This document shows positions 1 to 11,313 of a stretch of DNA of 39,116 bases, in pieces (the first letter of the stretch is position 1; the number at the start of each line of letters is the position of its first letter). This stretch comes from Lama guanicoe (lineage: Eukaryota). Below the pieces are notes generated by a model. It had not been told where the DNA came from. It saw only the letters and a list, made by a program, of their open reading frames with translations, and made no database searches. A program made the position numbers and the translations under genes. The stretch lies in NCBI GenBank assembly GCA_013239625.1, contig MU054130.1, positions 1-39,116 on the forward strand. The letters run 5' to 3'.

Positions 1-200
1 GTTTTGCCTTTTCCAGATTGTCGTACAGTTGGGAATCACACAGGATGTCGCCTTTTCAGATTGGCTTCTTAATAGTTTGCATCTAAAGTTCTTTCATGTC
101 TTTTCATGGTTTGATACCTTATTTCTTTTTAGCACTAAATAATATTCCATTTTCTGGATGTATAATAGTGCATTTACCCATTCACCTACTGAAGGACATC
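1..200 (-). mobile_element. Ancient L1 (L1MC-like) 3' fragment
   Basis: ccttttcagattggcttctt...taatattccatt...cattcacctactgaaggacatct is the typical antisense L1MC 3' end. Confidence 0.75.
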
Positions 201-239
201 TCCTTATCACATGGTCACTTTGATGTACACTTAGTGTTT

Positions 240-824
240 TTTTTTTTCTGACCATGCTTTCTCATTTTTTATAATATGGATAAGCTGAGAATATTCCAGG
301 TCTTTAATTTCTGCTTCCTTTTTGCTTGTCTTTAAGTTGTTTCTCTTTTTTTCACATTGTACCATAGTCAGGAGAAGCCAAGTCGCACCTTAAACATTTT
401 GCTTAGAAATAGCTTAATTTCATCACTTACAAGTTCTACTTTCCACAAAACACTAGAACATGAACACAATTCAGCTAAGTTTCCTGCCACTTTGTAACAA
501 GGATAGAACACCTTTCCTTCAGTTTCCAATCACATGTTCTTCATTTCTGTCTGTGACCTCATCAAAATGACTTTTACCACTCATATTTCTACCAACATTC
601 TGTTCAAGATTACTTAGGTATTCTCTGAGAATATTGAGGCTTACTCTACAACTCTCTTTTCTTTCTGAGCTTTCAACAGAATTGCCCCTGCGGGTCCAAT
701 GACAGCAGTGGACTTTTTCTAACATGCATTTCAAAACCCAGGCGTTACCCATTGCCCAGTGCTAAAGCTTCTGCCCCTTTTTTAGGTATTTGTTACAGCA
801 ATTCCCCACCTCTCAGCACCAATT
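240..824 (-). mobile_element. MaLR (MLT1-int) internal sequence
   Basis: Resembles the MaLR internal start in antisense (...ccccacctctcagcaccaattt) and directly abuts the MLT1 LTR. Confidence 0.7.
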
Positions 825-1083
825 TCTTAGTCCATTTGGGATGCTATAACAGAATATCATAGACTGAGTGGCTAAAACTGCAGACATCTATTCCTTGCAG
901 TTCTCAAGGCTGGGAAGTCTAAGATCAAGGTACAGTAGGTTTAATGTCTGGTGAGGGCCCACTTCCTGGTTCAGAGAAGGGTGTATTCTTGCTCCTGATA
1001 CCTTCACATTGAGGGTTAGGATTTACAACATATGAATTTGGGGGGGGGGGCTGTGTGTGGATAAAAACATTAAGTTTACAGCA
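825..1083 (-). mobile_element. MLT1A-type ERVL-MaLR LTR, internally deleted
   Basis: cttagtccatttgggatgctataacagaat...ggctgggaagtctaagatcaagg...gggttaggatttacaacatatgaatttggggg...acagca. Confidence 0.85.
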
Positions 1084-1962
1084 AAATGTAGTACTTAAAA
1101 AATTTGTATTTAAATATATTTATTAAATAAACACTGTAGCAATAATAACAGGGACAAGTAATAGTTTAAAGAGTGCATAATCTTACCTTCATCTTAACAA
1201 ATCTGTTTGGAGAGCCTTAGTCTAATTATATTCTGGTGGCTGAGCTATTATTCAGTATGTACTTTCCTATGATCATTAGTTATCTCTGCTCAAAATTAAA
1301 AAAAAAATTTATATCGGTGAAATGTATATTTCATCTCATGGTTCAGGCTGAAGGAAGAAGCAGGCATTTCTTTATTAATTAAAAGGAAATGAACACCCCC
1401 AAAAACATAAATTTGTTGAATGTGTCACTGATCCAAAATTTTGAAAATCGTTCTTCATGTTATCCTTGGCAACACACGTTATTACTTCACATTACTTTTC
1501 TACTCCCCAACTCACGCTTCCCGGACAAAAAAGCAAGCAAACAACTTGTGTAACTTCATAATTATCAATGGTTTGTTGAGACATCTCTGCTCAGAATCTG
1601 TGTCCCTCACTCACAGCTTTGTTGCACATTCCCTTTCTGTAGTTTGAGAAATACTGATGCATTATGTATAACACTAATTTTGCTTTTGCCTGGTGAATAA
1701 GGGAATATAAACATTTAAAATAGTTTATGTAATATCTTAGTGGCATTAATTTCCAAATCAAGCAAAAATGTAAATAGAATAAAACCCTGTTATAGTGTTT
1801 TGCTTGAGATCCATCCATTTTAACCTCTACTCTATTATACGGATGCAATCATTTGAGTGATTTATTAACATCTTACAACCATTTATTAATTGCTTCACAT
1901 TCTTCAGATGCCACGTAGTAGGAAGAATAAAAGGAAAAGTACAATTTACCAAGTCCAGTATA

Positions 1963-2455
1963 CTAGCCCTGTACAATACAACTGTCTGTGGAGATGGAAA
2001 TGTTCCCCATCTGGACTCCCTCACGTGGCAGACTCTACCCACGTGTGGCTATTGAATGCTTAACATGTAGCTAGCGGAACTGAACTGTTAATTTAATTTT
2101 TTTTAATAACAGCTTTGTTGAGATATAATTCACATACTATACAATTCATCCATTAAAACTGTACAACACAATGGTTTTTACTGCATCCACAGAGTTGTGC
2201 AGCCATTACCACAATCAATTTCAGAACATTTTCATTGCCCCAACAAAAAAGCCGGTGCTCGTGCAGTCACTCCAGATGTCCCACCTTCCACACAGCCCTA
2301 GGCAGGCACTAATCTTTCTGTCTCCATGGTTTTGCCTATTTTGGATATTCCATATAAAGAGAACCACAATTTGTAGTCTTTCGTGACTGGCTACTTTCAT
2401 TTTATTTAATGAAATTTAAATTTAATACTCACATGTGGCTGGTGGCTAACATAAG
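1963..2455. mobile_element. MER3 (hAT-Charlie) DNA transposon, split by an L1 insertion
   Basis: gatggaaatgtt...cacgtgtggctattgaatgctt (1963-2095) resumes as atttaaatttaatactcacatgtggctggtggcta (about 2400-2455). Confidence 0.8.
2096..2400 (-). mobile_element. L1MB-type 3' end nested in MER3
   Basis: Poly-T followed by aataacagctttgttgagatataattcacatac...cagagttgtgcagccattaccacaatcaatttcagaacattttcatt. Confidence 0.85.
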
Positions 2456-2559
2456 AAGCAAGTGAAGTAAGTAAAAGACCAAATACAGATGCTTAAGTAA
2501 TGCTGAAGGCTAGGAGAAGATAATCCTGTAAAAGGGACATGTGGAAAACATGTCATAGA

Positions 2560-3110
2560 GATTGGAGATGAACCCAGACGGAGCCTAGAGATAAGACAAT
2601 TTCCTGAAGGAGGCGATGGTTAACAGTACCAAATAATACAGAAGGGTCAAGAAAGAATAGTTTCAATGTGGTGATAGGAAGGGAATCCTGTTAACAAAGC
2701 ACATTGATATATAGTACTTGATGAAGAATTTTATACTATTTAGAGACTGAATGAAGGAAGAAAATTTCAAGATCACTTAAGAGGAGTGTCAGGATTGATG
2801 TAAATCTTATTTTGTTTCTGTTAATATTTTTGGTGTAGGAATGAGCTTATATGTAGGCAGAAGAAAAGGATCCAGTGGAAATGAAGAGATGAGATGATTG
2901 AGCAGCGTTCTGAAGGGTGTGAGTGAAGGCAGTACTAAGGTCATTAGCTTAGGAGTAAACCCTGCCAAGGAAGATAGATGTTGTCTTTCTCAGAGGCAGG
3001 AGTTAAGTGGAGAAAAAGTAGGTGAAGATACAGAGCAATTTTTACACAAAATGAAAGGAGACTAAAGGAACTCATTTACTTAAAGAAAGTGGGAATTAGG
3101 TCTTCTGAGG
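2560..3110 (-). mobile_element. Degraded L2 fragments
   Basis: Purine-rich stretch with L2-like motif ggttaacagtaccaaataatacagaagggtcaagaaag. Boundaries are approximate. Confidence 0.4.
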
Positions 3111-3883
3111 GTCAAGTTTTGTTCCTTCCACCATCATTCTAATCAGATGTGGAGAGGGGAGTGCTGAAAAGTACTCCAGAGGGGCTAGGACTATGGCAAG
3201 TAGAAGCATCACTTTCTTGTACATCTGTGGGTGCCCAAATGAACATGTCTCCTAAAAGGAACAGACATTTTCAGGTACATAAAGCCACATGAGGTCCAGC
3301 GATCCAGATGTGCCATTTTTCACTTACTAGAAAGTGAAAAGTATCCAAAAGTTTATATGTGAGATTTTCAAGGACAAAATATCACTCCATTACTCATCTT
3401 CCCTCCCTCCCACTCTCTTTTCTTTTCTCCCTCTCTCCTCCCTCCCTTCTATCCTTCCTTTTTCCCGTCTATTTTTTCTTACACTTTGTAGAAAACAATG
3501 TACCATCTTTCTCTTTGCCCTGCAAGAAAAACTGGAAGCAAATAAATCACAAAGCTTTGGGAAAATCCAACATTAATCCATACTGTAATGAATATAGAAT
3601 TTCATGTTATAGGTTGTAATAAAACTTTAGTATTCTCTTTATTTTTCTAAGTCATTCTTTTTTCACCCTGCCTCCAGTTTTATAACAGTTAGTGGAAGAG
3701 GCAGTAAGTGCTTTGAAAACCTGAAATGGCAACTATGCAAATATAAGAGAAAAAGATACTAATTAGTTGATATTGATTTAATTAATAACATTACTTTAGA
3801 ACAGGCTTTTTATATAAAAGTGTGAGAAATTAAAGCCAATTTTTAAGGTATTACATATTTATGCATGTCTTTATTTATTTTAG

Positions 3884-3955
3884 GCTTTTAAAACCCAGGA
3901 TGGATATCTTGTAGTTGGAGCAGGAAATAACCAACAGTTTGCTACTGTGTGCAAG
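3884..3955 (+). CDS. SUGCT: SUGCT internal coding exon (72 nt, phase 0-0; equivalent to human exon 10 as recalled)
   Basis: Acceptor tttatttattttag|GCT and donor AAG|gtaat. Translates to [24 protein letters not shown], matching recalled human [29 protein letters not shown] (CaiB/BaiF family). Confidence 0.97.
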
Positions 3956-4328
3956 GTAATCTGTAATATTTGGGTGGATGGATAATATATACAACAACTC
4001 ATTTTGCACAAAGCCAGGAAAATTCAGTTTTCCCTAGGACAATGTTCTGTACTCACCTCAAGACTCCTTGCATTAGCACCTACAAGTATGCTCTTTTTAT
4101 ACTTACAAATGCTAAGGACAGGGTCTAAATTAGCACTCTGGTTCTATTTTAGTTGAGGTATCTGGCTGTATTTTGAAGAACTATAGTAGCTTAAATTATT
4201 CTAAAACTTGACCTGTCTACCAGCTCAAACAAAAAGGGCAAAAAGATCATTTTAAAGGGATTTATTTTTAACAAATTCACATTTTAACTTTTTAGCAATG
4301 GTCATATTAATATATGTTGTTCCTTCAC

Positions 4329-4362
4329 TAGGCCTTAAATATAGGCCTTAAATATAGGCCTT
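4329..4362 (+). repeat. Perfect 13-nt tandem duplication (TAGGCCTTAAATA x2.6)
   Basis: taggccttaaata taggccttaaata taggcctt. Confidence 0.9.
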
Positions 4363-5889
4363 GGGATCATTTAAAGTAATTTTATGTTGAAGATATTCTC
4401 AATTTTTAGCATTGCTTAGACTTTTTTTTATTTGATGTTTTTACCATTTATCTAGATTCTGGTCTTTTGTTTTCATCTAAGACTTTAGGTTTTGGTTCTT
4501 TTTTTAAGAGTTCTAATCCCAGGAGTATAATCTAGTTAAAAATATATATAGTTAAGTTTTGATTTTTCATATATAGGGAAAGGCCTTACCTGTTGAGGAC
4601 TTTTTTGTGATTGGGAGAGGTTTTTTTTTCTTTTCATATTAACCACACTACCATGAGCTTTCAATTTGATTAAAGATGCCTGTGAATTCCTTAGAGGAAC
4701 CTTATTTATTGCAGTTAACTTATTATGTACGAACATTATTTATTACTGTGCCTCTTTTGTATGAGAGGTTAATGAGCACAGCTAAAAACCACAGCAAAGG
4801 GGTGGCAAGTACCGCAGAGAAGGTGACAAGTGGAGATAGTTACAATTGCAGGAAGGGCTGGAACATCTGAGGTGGGAAAGAGGGGAACTTTTATAATGGT
4901 GACTCTGAGTAAGCGTAGAAAAAATTGATTCAAACATTTCATCTGGGATCAAAGAACCTTTATTATGAACGGTCAATGTTAAAAATATGAAACATACGGA
5001 AGCTGTTACCTGTGAAGTCACTTGCGTACTCTCGCTGCAGAGATGTAAAAGCCAGTTCATTGCTATAAATGAGTGCAGATTTTCTTCCTGGGCCATATGT
5101 TTTGGAGTTTTCTCTCTCCAGAATTGGGGTGGGGAGGGGGTAGAAATTACTGGTTGAGATATTCTTCACTGTTGAAAATAACTGTACTGAGTTCTTTTTA
5201 TTTTTGATTCATACTGCTGATCATTTTGAAACTTTGGAACCTCCTCATAAATATCCATAAGACCATTTTTTCTTGAAAAAGATTTTTATTTCAAAGCAGA
5301 ATATTTGCCATAAGTTTTAGTACTAAAATATGACTTTTTGTTATGGTGTGTTATGACACATTTTTTAAAAAGGAGACCAGCAGAGGGCCTTGGAGAATGG
5401 CGTACTTGACCTTGTTTTTCCCATATGTGAGTTAGGAATGATAATCCCTGTTATGCGCCATTAAGGCAATGTCTATAAAACTGTGAGATCCTCAGAAGAA
5501 AAGTTTTATGTGTACAGGATTTTAATGCTATCTACATACTTTACTAGGCATCTTGAGCAAACGTTGGAATCCGATAGACTTTTTCATAATTATATCCTTA
5601 CATATAAGCTCGTCCTAAAAATCTTTTCTTCTAAACGTAAATGTTTCCGTATTTGATTCAGGGTTCTCCTCCCTCCCATATATACTGAGTTTTTTCTAAG
5701 TATTTGTGTTCACATCTATCTTTTACTGAGGGTGCTACAATTCAATCTGGCCGTGTAGAAGATGAGGGCCCCAGGTTTTGACAGCGAGACTCTCAACTTG
5801 TTTTTGTTTTTGTTTTTTGCCAGTAATGTCCATCATGAAAGACAGGGCAGTTCTGCCTCCTGGGGAGAAATGTAGCAGTATTGTTTGCA

Positions 5890-6105
5890 NNNNNNNNNNN
5901 NNNNNNNNNNNNNNNNNNNNNNNNNNNNNNNNNNNNNNNNNNNNNNNNNNNNNNNNNNNNNNNNNNNNNNNNNNNNNNNNNNNNNNNNNNNNNNNNNNNN
6001 NNNNNNNNNNNNNNNNNNNNNNNNNNNNNNNNNNNNNNNNNNNNNNNNNNNNNNNNNNNNNNNNNNNNNNNNNNNNNNNNNNNNNNNNNNNNNNNNNNNN
6101 NNNNN
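5890..6105. other. Assembly gap (216 N)
   Basis: Run of N. Confidence 1.
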
Positions 6106-6225
6106 GCATATGTAAGCTTATTTTAACTGATTGATGCCAACACTAACGGGTATTCCTATCTGAAATACATTGACATCCTTTTAAAAGTCATATATACTGA
6201 AAGTTCCTTTTTTGGAGGCAATATA

Positions 6226-6370
6226 CATTGGTTCTCAACTTCAGCACACACTGGAAATCTCCTTGAGCCCCTTTCCCAAAGATTTTTGACTTACTATGCG
6301 AGGTGGGGCACAGGAAACTTCAATTTTAATAAGCACTATAGTTGGTTTTGAAGCAGGTGGTCTGAGGGCA
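6226..6370. mobile_element. MER5-type hAT MITE
   Basis: cattggttctcaacttcagcacacactggaaatc...ttttaataagcac...gcaggtggtctgaggg. Confidence 0.65.
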
Positions 6371-6389
6371 TTCTAATTCTAGGGCATTC

Positions 6390-6580
6390 TGTGAGTCTGG
6401 AAACCAGTCAGGTGATCTCTGGCGAGGTACTTCATCGTTGCTGAACATCTGCGCCTTCATGATAAAATGAAGATTATGATACATTACTCTACTAATATGT
6501 AACTTTTGGGGTTTTGTAAGAGTCAGAAAGGTAAAACAGTACAGTCCTGGCTCACAGTGTGAACTTGATAAATGGGCTTT
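6390..6580 (+). mobile_element. MIR SINE
   Basis: Degraded core (ggcgaggtacttcatc...taaaatgaagattatgatac) and 3' part (cctggctcacagtgtgaacttgataaatg). Confidence 0.55.
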
Positions 6581-6599
6581 CTAACAGTTAGGCGCAGAG

Positions 6600-8415
6600 A
6601 TTCTGATTCTGGGTAAAATGGAGTAAGCACGCTTCTCCCTGTCTCTTCCATGGAACACAGTGATGAAACTGCTCAAAATGTGTGGCGCATCTATAAGAGG
6701 ACTCTGAAAATGAGCAGTAGCAGGAGAATTGGGGAAGAACACCAGAATTTGAAGTACTTGTAAACTGGCAATAAATTGACCATTTCCCCCCCTCTGATTA
6801 TTCCTTTTCGTAAACACAGTGGGAGCCTGAAATCTGGAAATGGGCACAGGGGAACAGAGCTGAGCTCCAGGAGATGCCCTTCCTTCCTGGTGTGAGAAGC
6901 AGGAAAGCGAGCTCTGTCTAACGTCAGAGTGTGGAAATCCTCCATTTTTTCCTTCCTCCTAATTTCCTTACACCGCAGCCTATAAGCAGTCCTGTAATAG
7001 CAGCAGATGACCAGGAGCCAAAACTCTGAGGAAGGGGAGCTTTCTTCTTTATCACTGAGCCGGGATCCCAAAAGAGAGGGGTGAATCCTTGTTGCTTTTT
7101 TCTCTGCCCTCCCACTGACTGGCCTTTGCCCTGGAAGTGTGCTGGGAAGTGGGGTAACTAGAGAGGAGCACTAGGGAACTGGAAAGAGGTTGTACAGAAG
7201 GAAGAGCTTCAGAAAGCGGTCTTTAAAGTTGTTTGTGAACTCCTGCGCTCACCCCTGAGCTGTGCGTGCATTGATCTGATCCTAACCAGGACACCAAAGA
7301 TGCTGAGAACTGTGTTAGCAAACAGACGACTGCCCAGGCTGCAGCATGACCACGAAGTGGGGCACAGGTGGGCCCGACTCAAAAAAGCACTGCAAAGGCT
7401 TTGAAAGCTGAACTAATCCTAGAACCAAAGCACACAGAAAGTGGGTTGCGACTTGCAGCCTGGTGAACTGCTTGCTAAAAACAATTACAACAAAAATTTT
7501 CTGTAGGATTTAAACAAGCCCCAGAGGCTTGTAACATAATACTCAAAGTGTCCAGGATACAATCCAAAATTACTCAGCGTATGAAGTACCAGAACTTGTA
7601 TGAGAAAATACAATCAATAAATGCCAATGCCACGAGGGCACACATGTGGGAATTAACTCAGGAAAACTTGAAAACAGCCACTATGAAAATACTCTAACAA
7701 CCATCACAGACCCTGTTGAAATCATTAGAAAATGTCCAGCAAAGAAATAGAAGACATGAAGAACAAAGTGGACATTTTAGAACTGAAAAATACAACCGCC
7801 AAATACAGGAACAAACACCTCACTGACTGAGCTCAATAGCGCAAAGGAGGTGACAGAGGAAACAGGGAACATGGATAAATAGAAATTACTCAGTCTGAAC
7901 AACAGAGCGAAAAAAAGATAACCCCTTCCACAAAATGAAAGAGCGAGCAGCTCTTCAGGGACCTATACGGGACGAGAACAAAAAAAGTCTAATATTTATG
8001 CCATTGTTGTCCCAGAAGGAGAGGAGAAAGAGAACATACTGAAAACATTGTTGAAGAAATTATTTCTTCCATTATGGCTGGAAACTCCCCAAATTTGGTG
8101 AAAGATAAAAACCTACAGATGTAATAATTTCAGCAACCCTCCCTCAAAAGATAAATCCAAATAAATAACATGCCCAAACATGTCAGGATACTACTGCTGA
8201 ATGCTGAAGACCAAGAAAGATACGAAAGTACCCAGGGGAAACGATGTGTTACTTTTGGGGGAACACTGACTCAATTGACTGCACACTGCTGGCCAGAAAC
8301 TACAGAACCCAGTGAGGGGTAACACAACATGTTTAAAGGGCCAAAAGGAAGGCGCTCTCAACCCAGAATTCTGTATCCAATAGGAAGATCCTTGAGAAAT
8401 GAAGGTTAAGTGTAT
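6600..8415 (+). mobile_element. Ancient L1 5'UTR plus decayed ORF1 (L1MC/L1MD-like 5' end)
   Basis: Starts ttctgattctgggtaaaatggagtaagc. ORF1 hallmarks include ttttagaactgaaaaatacaa, gtcccagaaggagaggagaaagag, aactccccaaatttggtgaaagataaaaacctacagat and caacccagaattctgtatcca...aaatgaaggt. Confidence 0.85.
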
Positions 8416-8484
8416 ATTCTCCCTTACCCTCCCCACGCTTTCCCATCCTCCCTTTTTTTTTTTAATAATAGAATTTTTTACTTT

Positions 8485-8668
8485 GCATTCTTTTTTTATT
8501 GAAGTTTGGTCAGTTTATAATGTTGTGTCCATTTCTGGTGTACAGCATAATGTTTCAGTCGTACATATACATACATGTATTCCTTTCATATTCTTTTCCA
8601 TTATAGGTTACTACAAGATATTGAATATAGCTCCTTGTGCTAGACAGTATAAACGTGTTGTTTATCTA
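8485..8668 (-). mobile_element. Young 5'-truncated L1 3' end (camelid-type)
   Basis: tttttttattgaagtttggtcagtttataatgttgtgtccatttctggtgtacagcataatg...ggttactacaagatattgaatatag. Confidence 0.85.
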
Positions 8669-10352
8669 GCCAGCCTTTTTTGAACAAACACATGCTTTCT
8701 TATTTCTGTTGGCGGGGAGGATAGTGCCCACTTGGAATAATTCACACTTATTTAGTGCTTAGTATGTTAAGCACTTTTACTTGCATTGTTTTATTGGGTC
8801 CCAAGCAACACCCTTTTTCCAAGTACCTAAAGCACAGTTAGGACCACAGCATTTGAAACAGTCTCCCTAGAAACATTTTGAGTGTTGGCAGAACTGAAGA
8901 CAAAAGGCTGATTACTTTGACCCACTATTTAACACCAACTTTCAAAAAGAAAGGAGGTCCAGTTAAGTCCAACTTAGTGCATCACAGTCACCACAGAGTG
9001 CAAACACTAAGTACTCTTTTTGTAGCTTATAGTATATTCAGGGTGAGACCGCGTTTATAAAGTTAACACGCGATCTACTGAAGGCACTTGCTTTTTCTTG
9101 AAATGACTTATTCCCTCGTAGGGAGGGAGAGTGGGTTTTGATTCCTGGATAAGCCGAGGCCATTTCAGGGATCAGGCATGGTGACAGGGAGGTTTTTAGA
9201 ATGGGCACTGTATGCGGTGTCACTTTTTAAAATCTGGGAGAGTTATGCTGTCTTTATTATTCCCAAAGGAAATGAATAAGTGAAACACGTGAAAGAGAAA
9301 TGACACCACTGAGATGCTCTCTTGCCTTCAGGGAACCTTCCTCACTTTCTCTCTCCTTTTTAAAATGATTAATGGATTGATTTCATTTAAACTGTGGGAA
9401 ACAAATGAAACCATGAAGTGTTCGTATTTAAAGCTAATACATTAATAGAGGTAGAGAAGCTTTCTGTAGGCCACATGGCCTGCCCTTAGCCCATAAATGC
9501 TCCTTCTGACTTCCCAACACAACTGCCAAACACTGCCTCCACGCGTTCTTTTTAAAAGTTCTTTTCCATCCCAAATCCACTTGGTACTTTCATTATGGTC
9601 TTGTTAAAATTGCAAGATGTCCACTGGGGCTTGCAAGATAGATTTTCTCTTTATTGAGGAGGAGCAAAAGAGGAAGTATATAAAAGCTTTTCTGTTTATT
9701 ACTCCTTCAGGGAGTCGTATTAAAGAAAAATAGTGACACTTCTGTAGGAAGAATATCTTTTAATTTGACATTGTTTTAATGGTGAGCATTTGGGGCAAGT
9801 GTGTATGTGTTCCCTTTATTTTAGCACCTTGCACAACATCCCGGATAGGACTACTGGGACAGATAGTATTATTTTATTTACATGTGGAACAAATAAGTGA
9901 ATGTACTTGCAAAATATATGTTGATCATGGGCTTCATGTAAGTGCAGACATGCACTTATGATTTGGACTCTTAGAATTAGGTCAATTTTACCCACTTTTG
10001 TATGTCTATCGTATTTTCTCTAGACAAGTTACTGTGGGAATCTGGTAACTCTTTCCCTATATTCTTATAAATGAGTACAAGACATTTTGGGGGCTTGATA
10101 ACTCATTTTCTGTGTTCCTAGATATAGACACATGCTTAAAAGTGGTAAAAACTTATCAGTGACAAACCTCGTTGCCAGCATGACCCATCCTAACTGCATG
10201 ATCCTTCCCTCTCTCTCTGTCCCTTTGCTTAGAAGTATAAAGACCAGCAAGGCATGGTCTTGGGGATGGACTGACAGGCCCCGAACACTCGTGCCCACAA
10301 GCAGGGACACAAAATTTGTGAATTACACCTTCAAATTATTTTTCTCTTCTAG

Positions 10353-10450
10353 ATCTTGAATTTGCCTGAGCTGATTGATGATTCCATGTATAGAACTAAC
10401 CACCTTCGGGTACAGAACAGAAAAGAGCTTATTAAAATACTGTCTACATG
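10353..10450 (+). CDS. SUGCT: SUGCT internal coding exon (98 nt, phase 0-2; equivalent to human exon 11 as recalled)
   Basis: Acceptor ttatttttctcttctag|ATC and donor ATG|gtaagc. Translates to [32 protein letters not shown] plus split codon TG, in frame with the previous exon. Recalled human: [33 protein letters not shown]. Confidence 0.97.
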
Positions 10451-10744
10451 GTAAGCTTGGCTCTGCTATTTGTACATTTCAGAATTAATATGTCATTAGC
10501 ATTTATCTGGTATTTTGTGGTGTTCTTTTTGGCTTATTTACATTAACTTATTATTTTTCATTTCACAAAACTGGTTAGTGGAAATATATTTTAAAGCTAT
10601 GTTGTTCTTTCTTGAAAGCATTTTATATGTCTTATTAAGTACTGAATCATAACGATGATATAAATAAGAGAGTCATAATTACTTAAATTTGGTTGCTTCT
10701 CTGGGCCATGTATGTGTTTGGGTTTAGTCTGCCATAAATACTAC

Positions 10745-10885
10745 AATAATAATTTAACATCTTTTTGTTACATTTATGGTAGTAAATGCTCACATACTTG
10801 ACCTCATTTAACTCTTACAATCATTCTGTAAGTTCTGTTATTCCCATTTTACACGGAAGGAAACTGAGACAAGGGAGGTTCAGTC
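10745..10885 (-). mobile_element. MIR SINE
   Basis: ctcatttaactcttacaatc...ttattcccattttacacggaaggaaactgagac (MIR core, antisense). Confidence 0.75.
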
Positions 10886-11275
10886 AAGAGTTTGCTGGCT
10901 TTTCTGAGCCTCCCCTGCGTAGCTTGTGATTATGATGTTTTGAAAACTGAGTTATGGGTCATAAAGTATTAATGCTAATCAATTAGAGCATTTGATTGCC
11001 AAATTATTCCATCTATGTCAGGTTATGCTTTTGTTAAAACCTGTACCAGTTTTTCAAGTCTGCCTCAGTAAGAGGTAATAAATCTAACTCTTTCCTATCA
11101 GTTTCACTTTTGTTTACGTCTAAACTTCTCAATCTGTGGAAATAGGCATTGTGGTTTTTGTGGATCTAAATGCCCACATGAACTCTCTTTCAGTGTGGAA
11201 CTTTTGCTCTCATTGCACCAAAAAATTAAGCACTTTTGTTCAAACATTATATCTTGTCTTTTGGCAAGGGCATAC

Positions 11276-11313
11276 CTATCTATCTATCTATCTGTCTGTC
11301 TATCTATCTATCT
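11276..11313 (+). repeat. (TATC/TGTC)n tetranucleotide microsatellite
   Basis: ctatctatctatctatctgtctgtctatctatctatct. Confidence 0.95.

Larger units (their letters stand above)
3956..10352 (+). other. SUGCT: SUGCT intron (GT-AG, about 6.4 kb, contains an assembly gap)
   Basis: GT at 3956 and AG at 10351-10352 join two exons that are contiguous in the protein. Confidence 0.93.

Noticed and set aside
5735..6134. Longest ORFs in the track (up to 124 aa)
   Set aside because: Artefacts of reading through the N gap.
6581..7115. Overlapping minus-strand ORFs (88, 126 and 63 aa)
   Set aside because: They are antisense to an L1 5'UTR and show no coding features.
10132..10359. 75-aa ATG ORF running into the SUGCT exon as an alternative first exon
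   Set aside because: It is out of frame with the exon, stops at 10357-10359 and has no recognisable homology.
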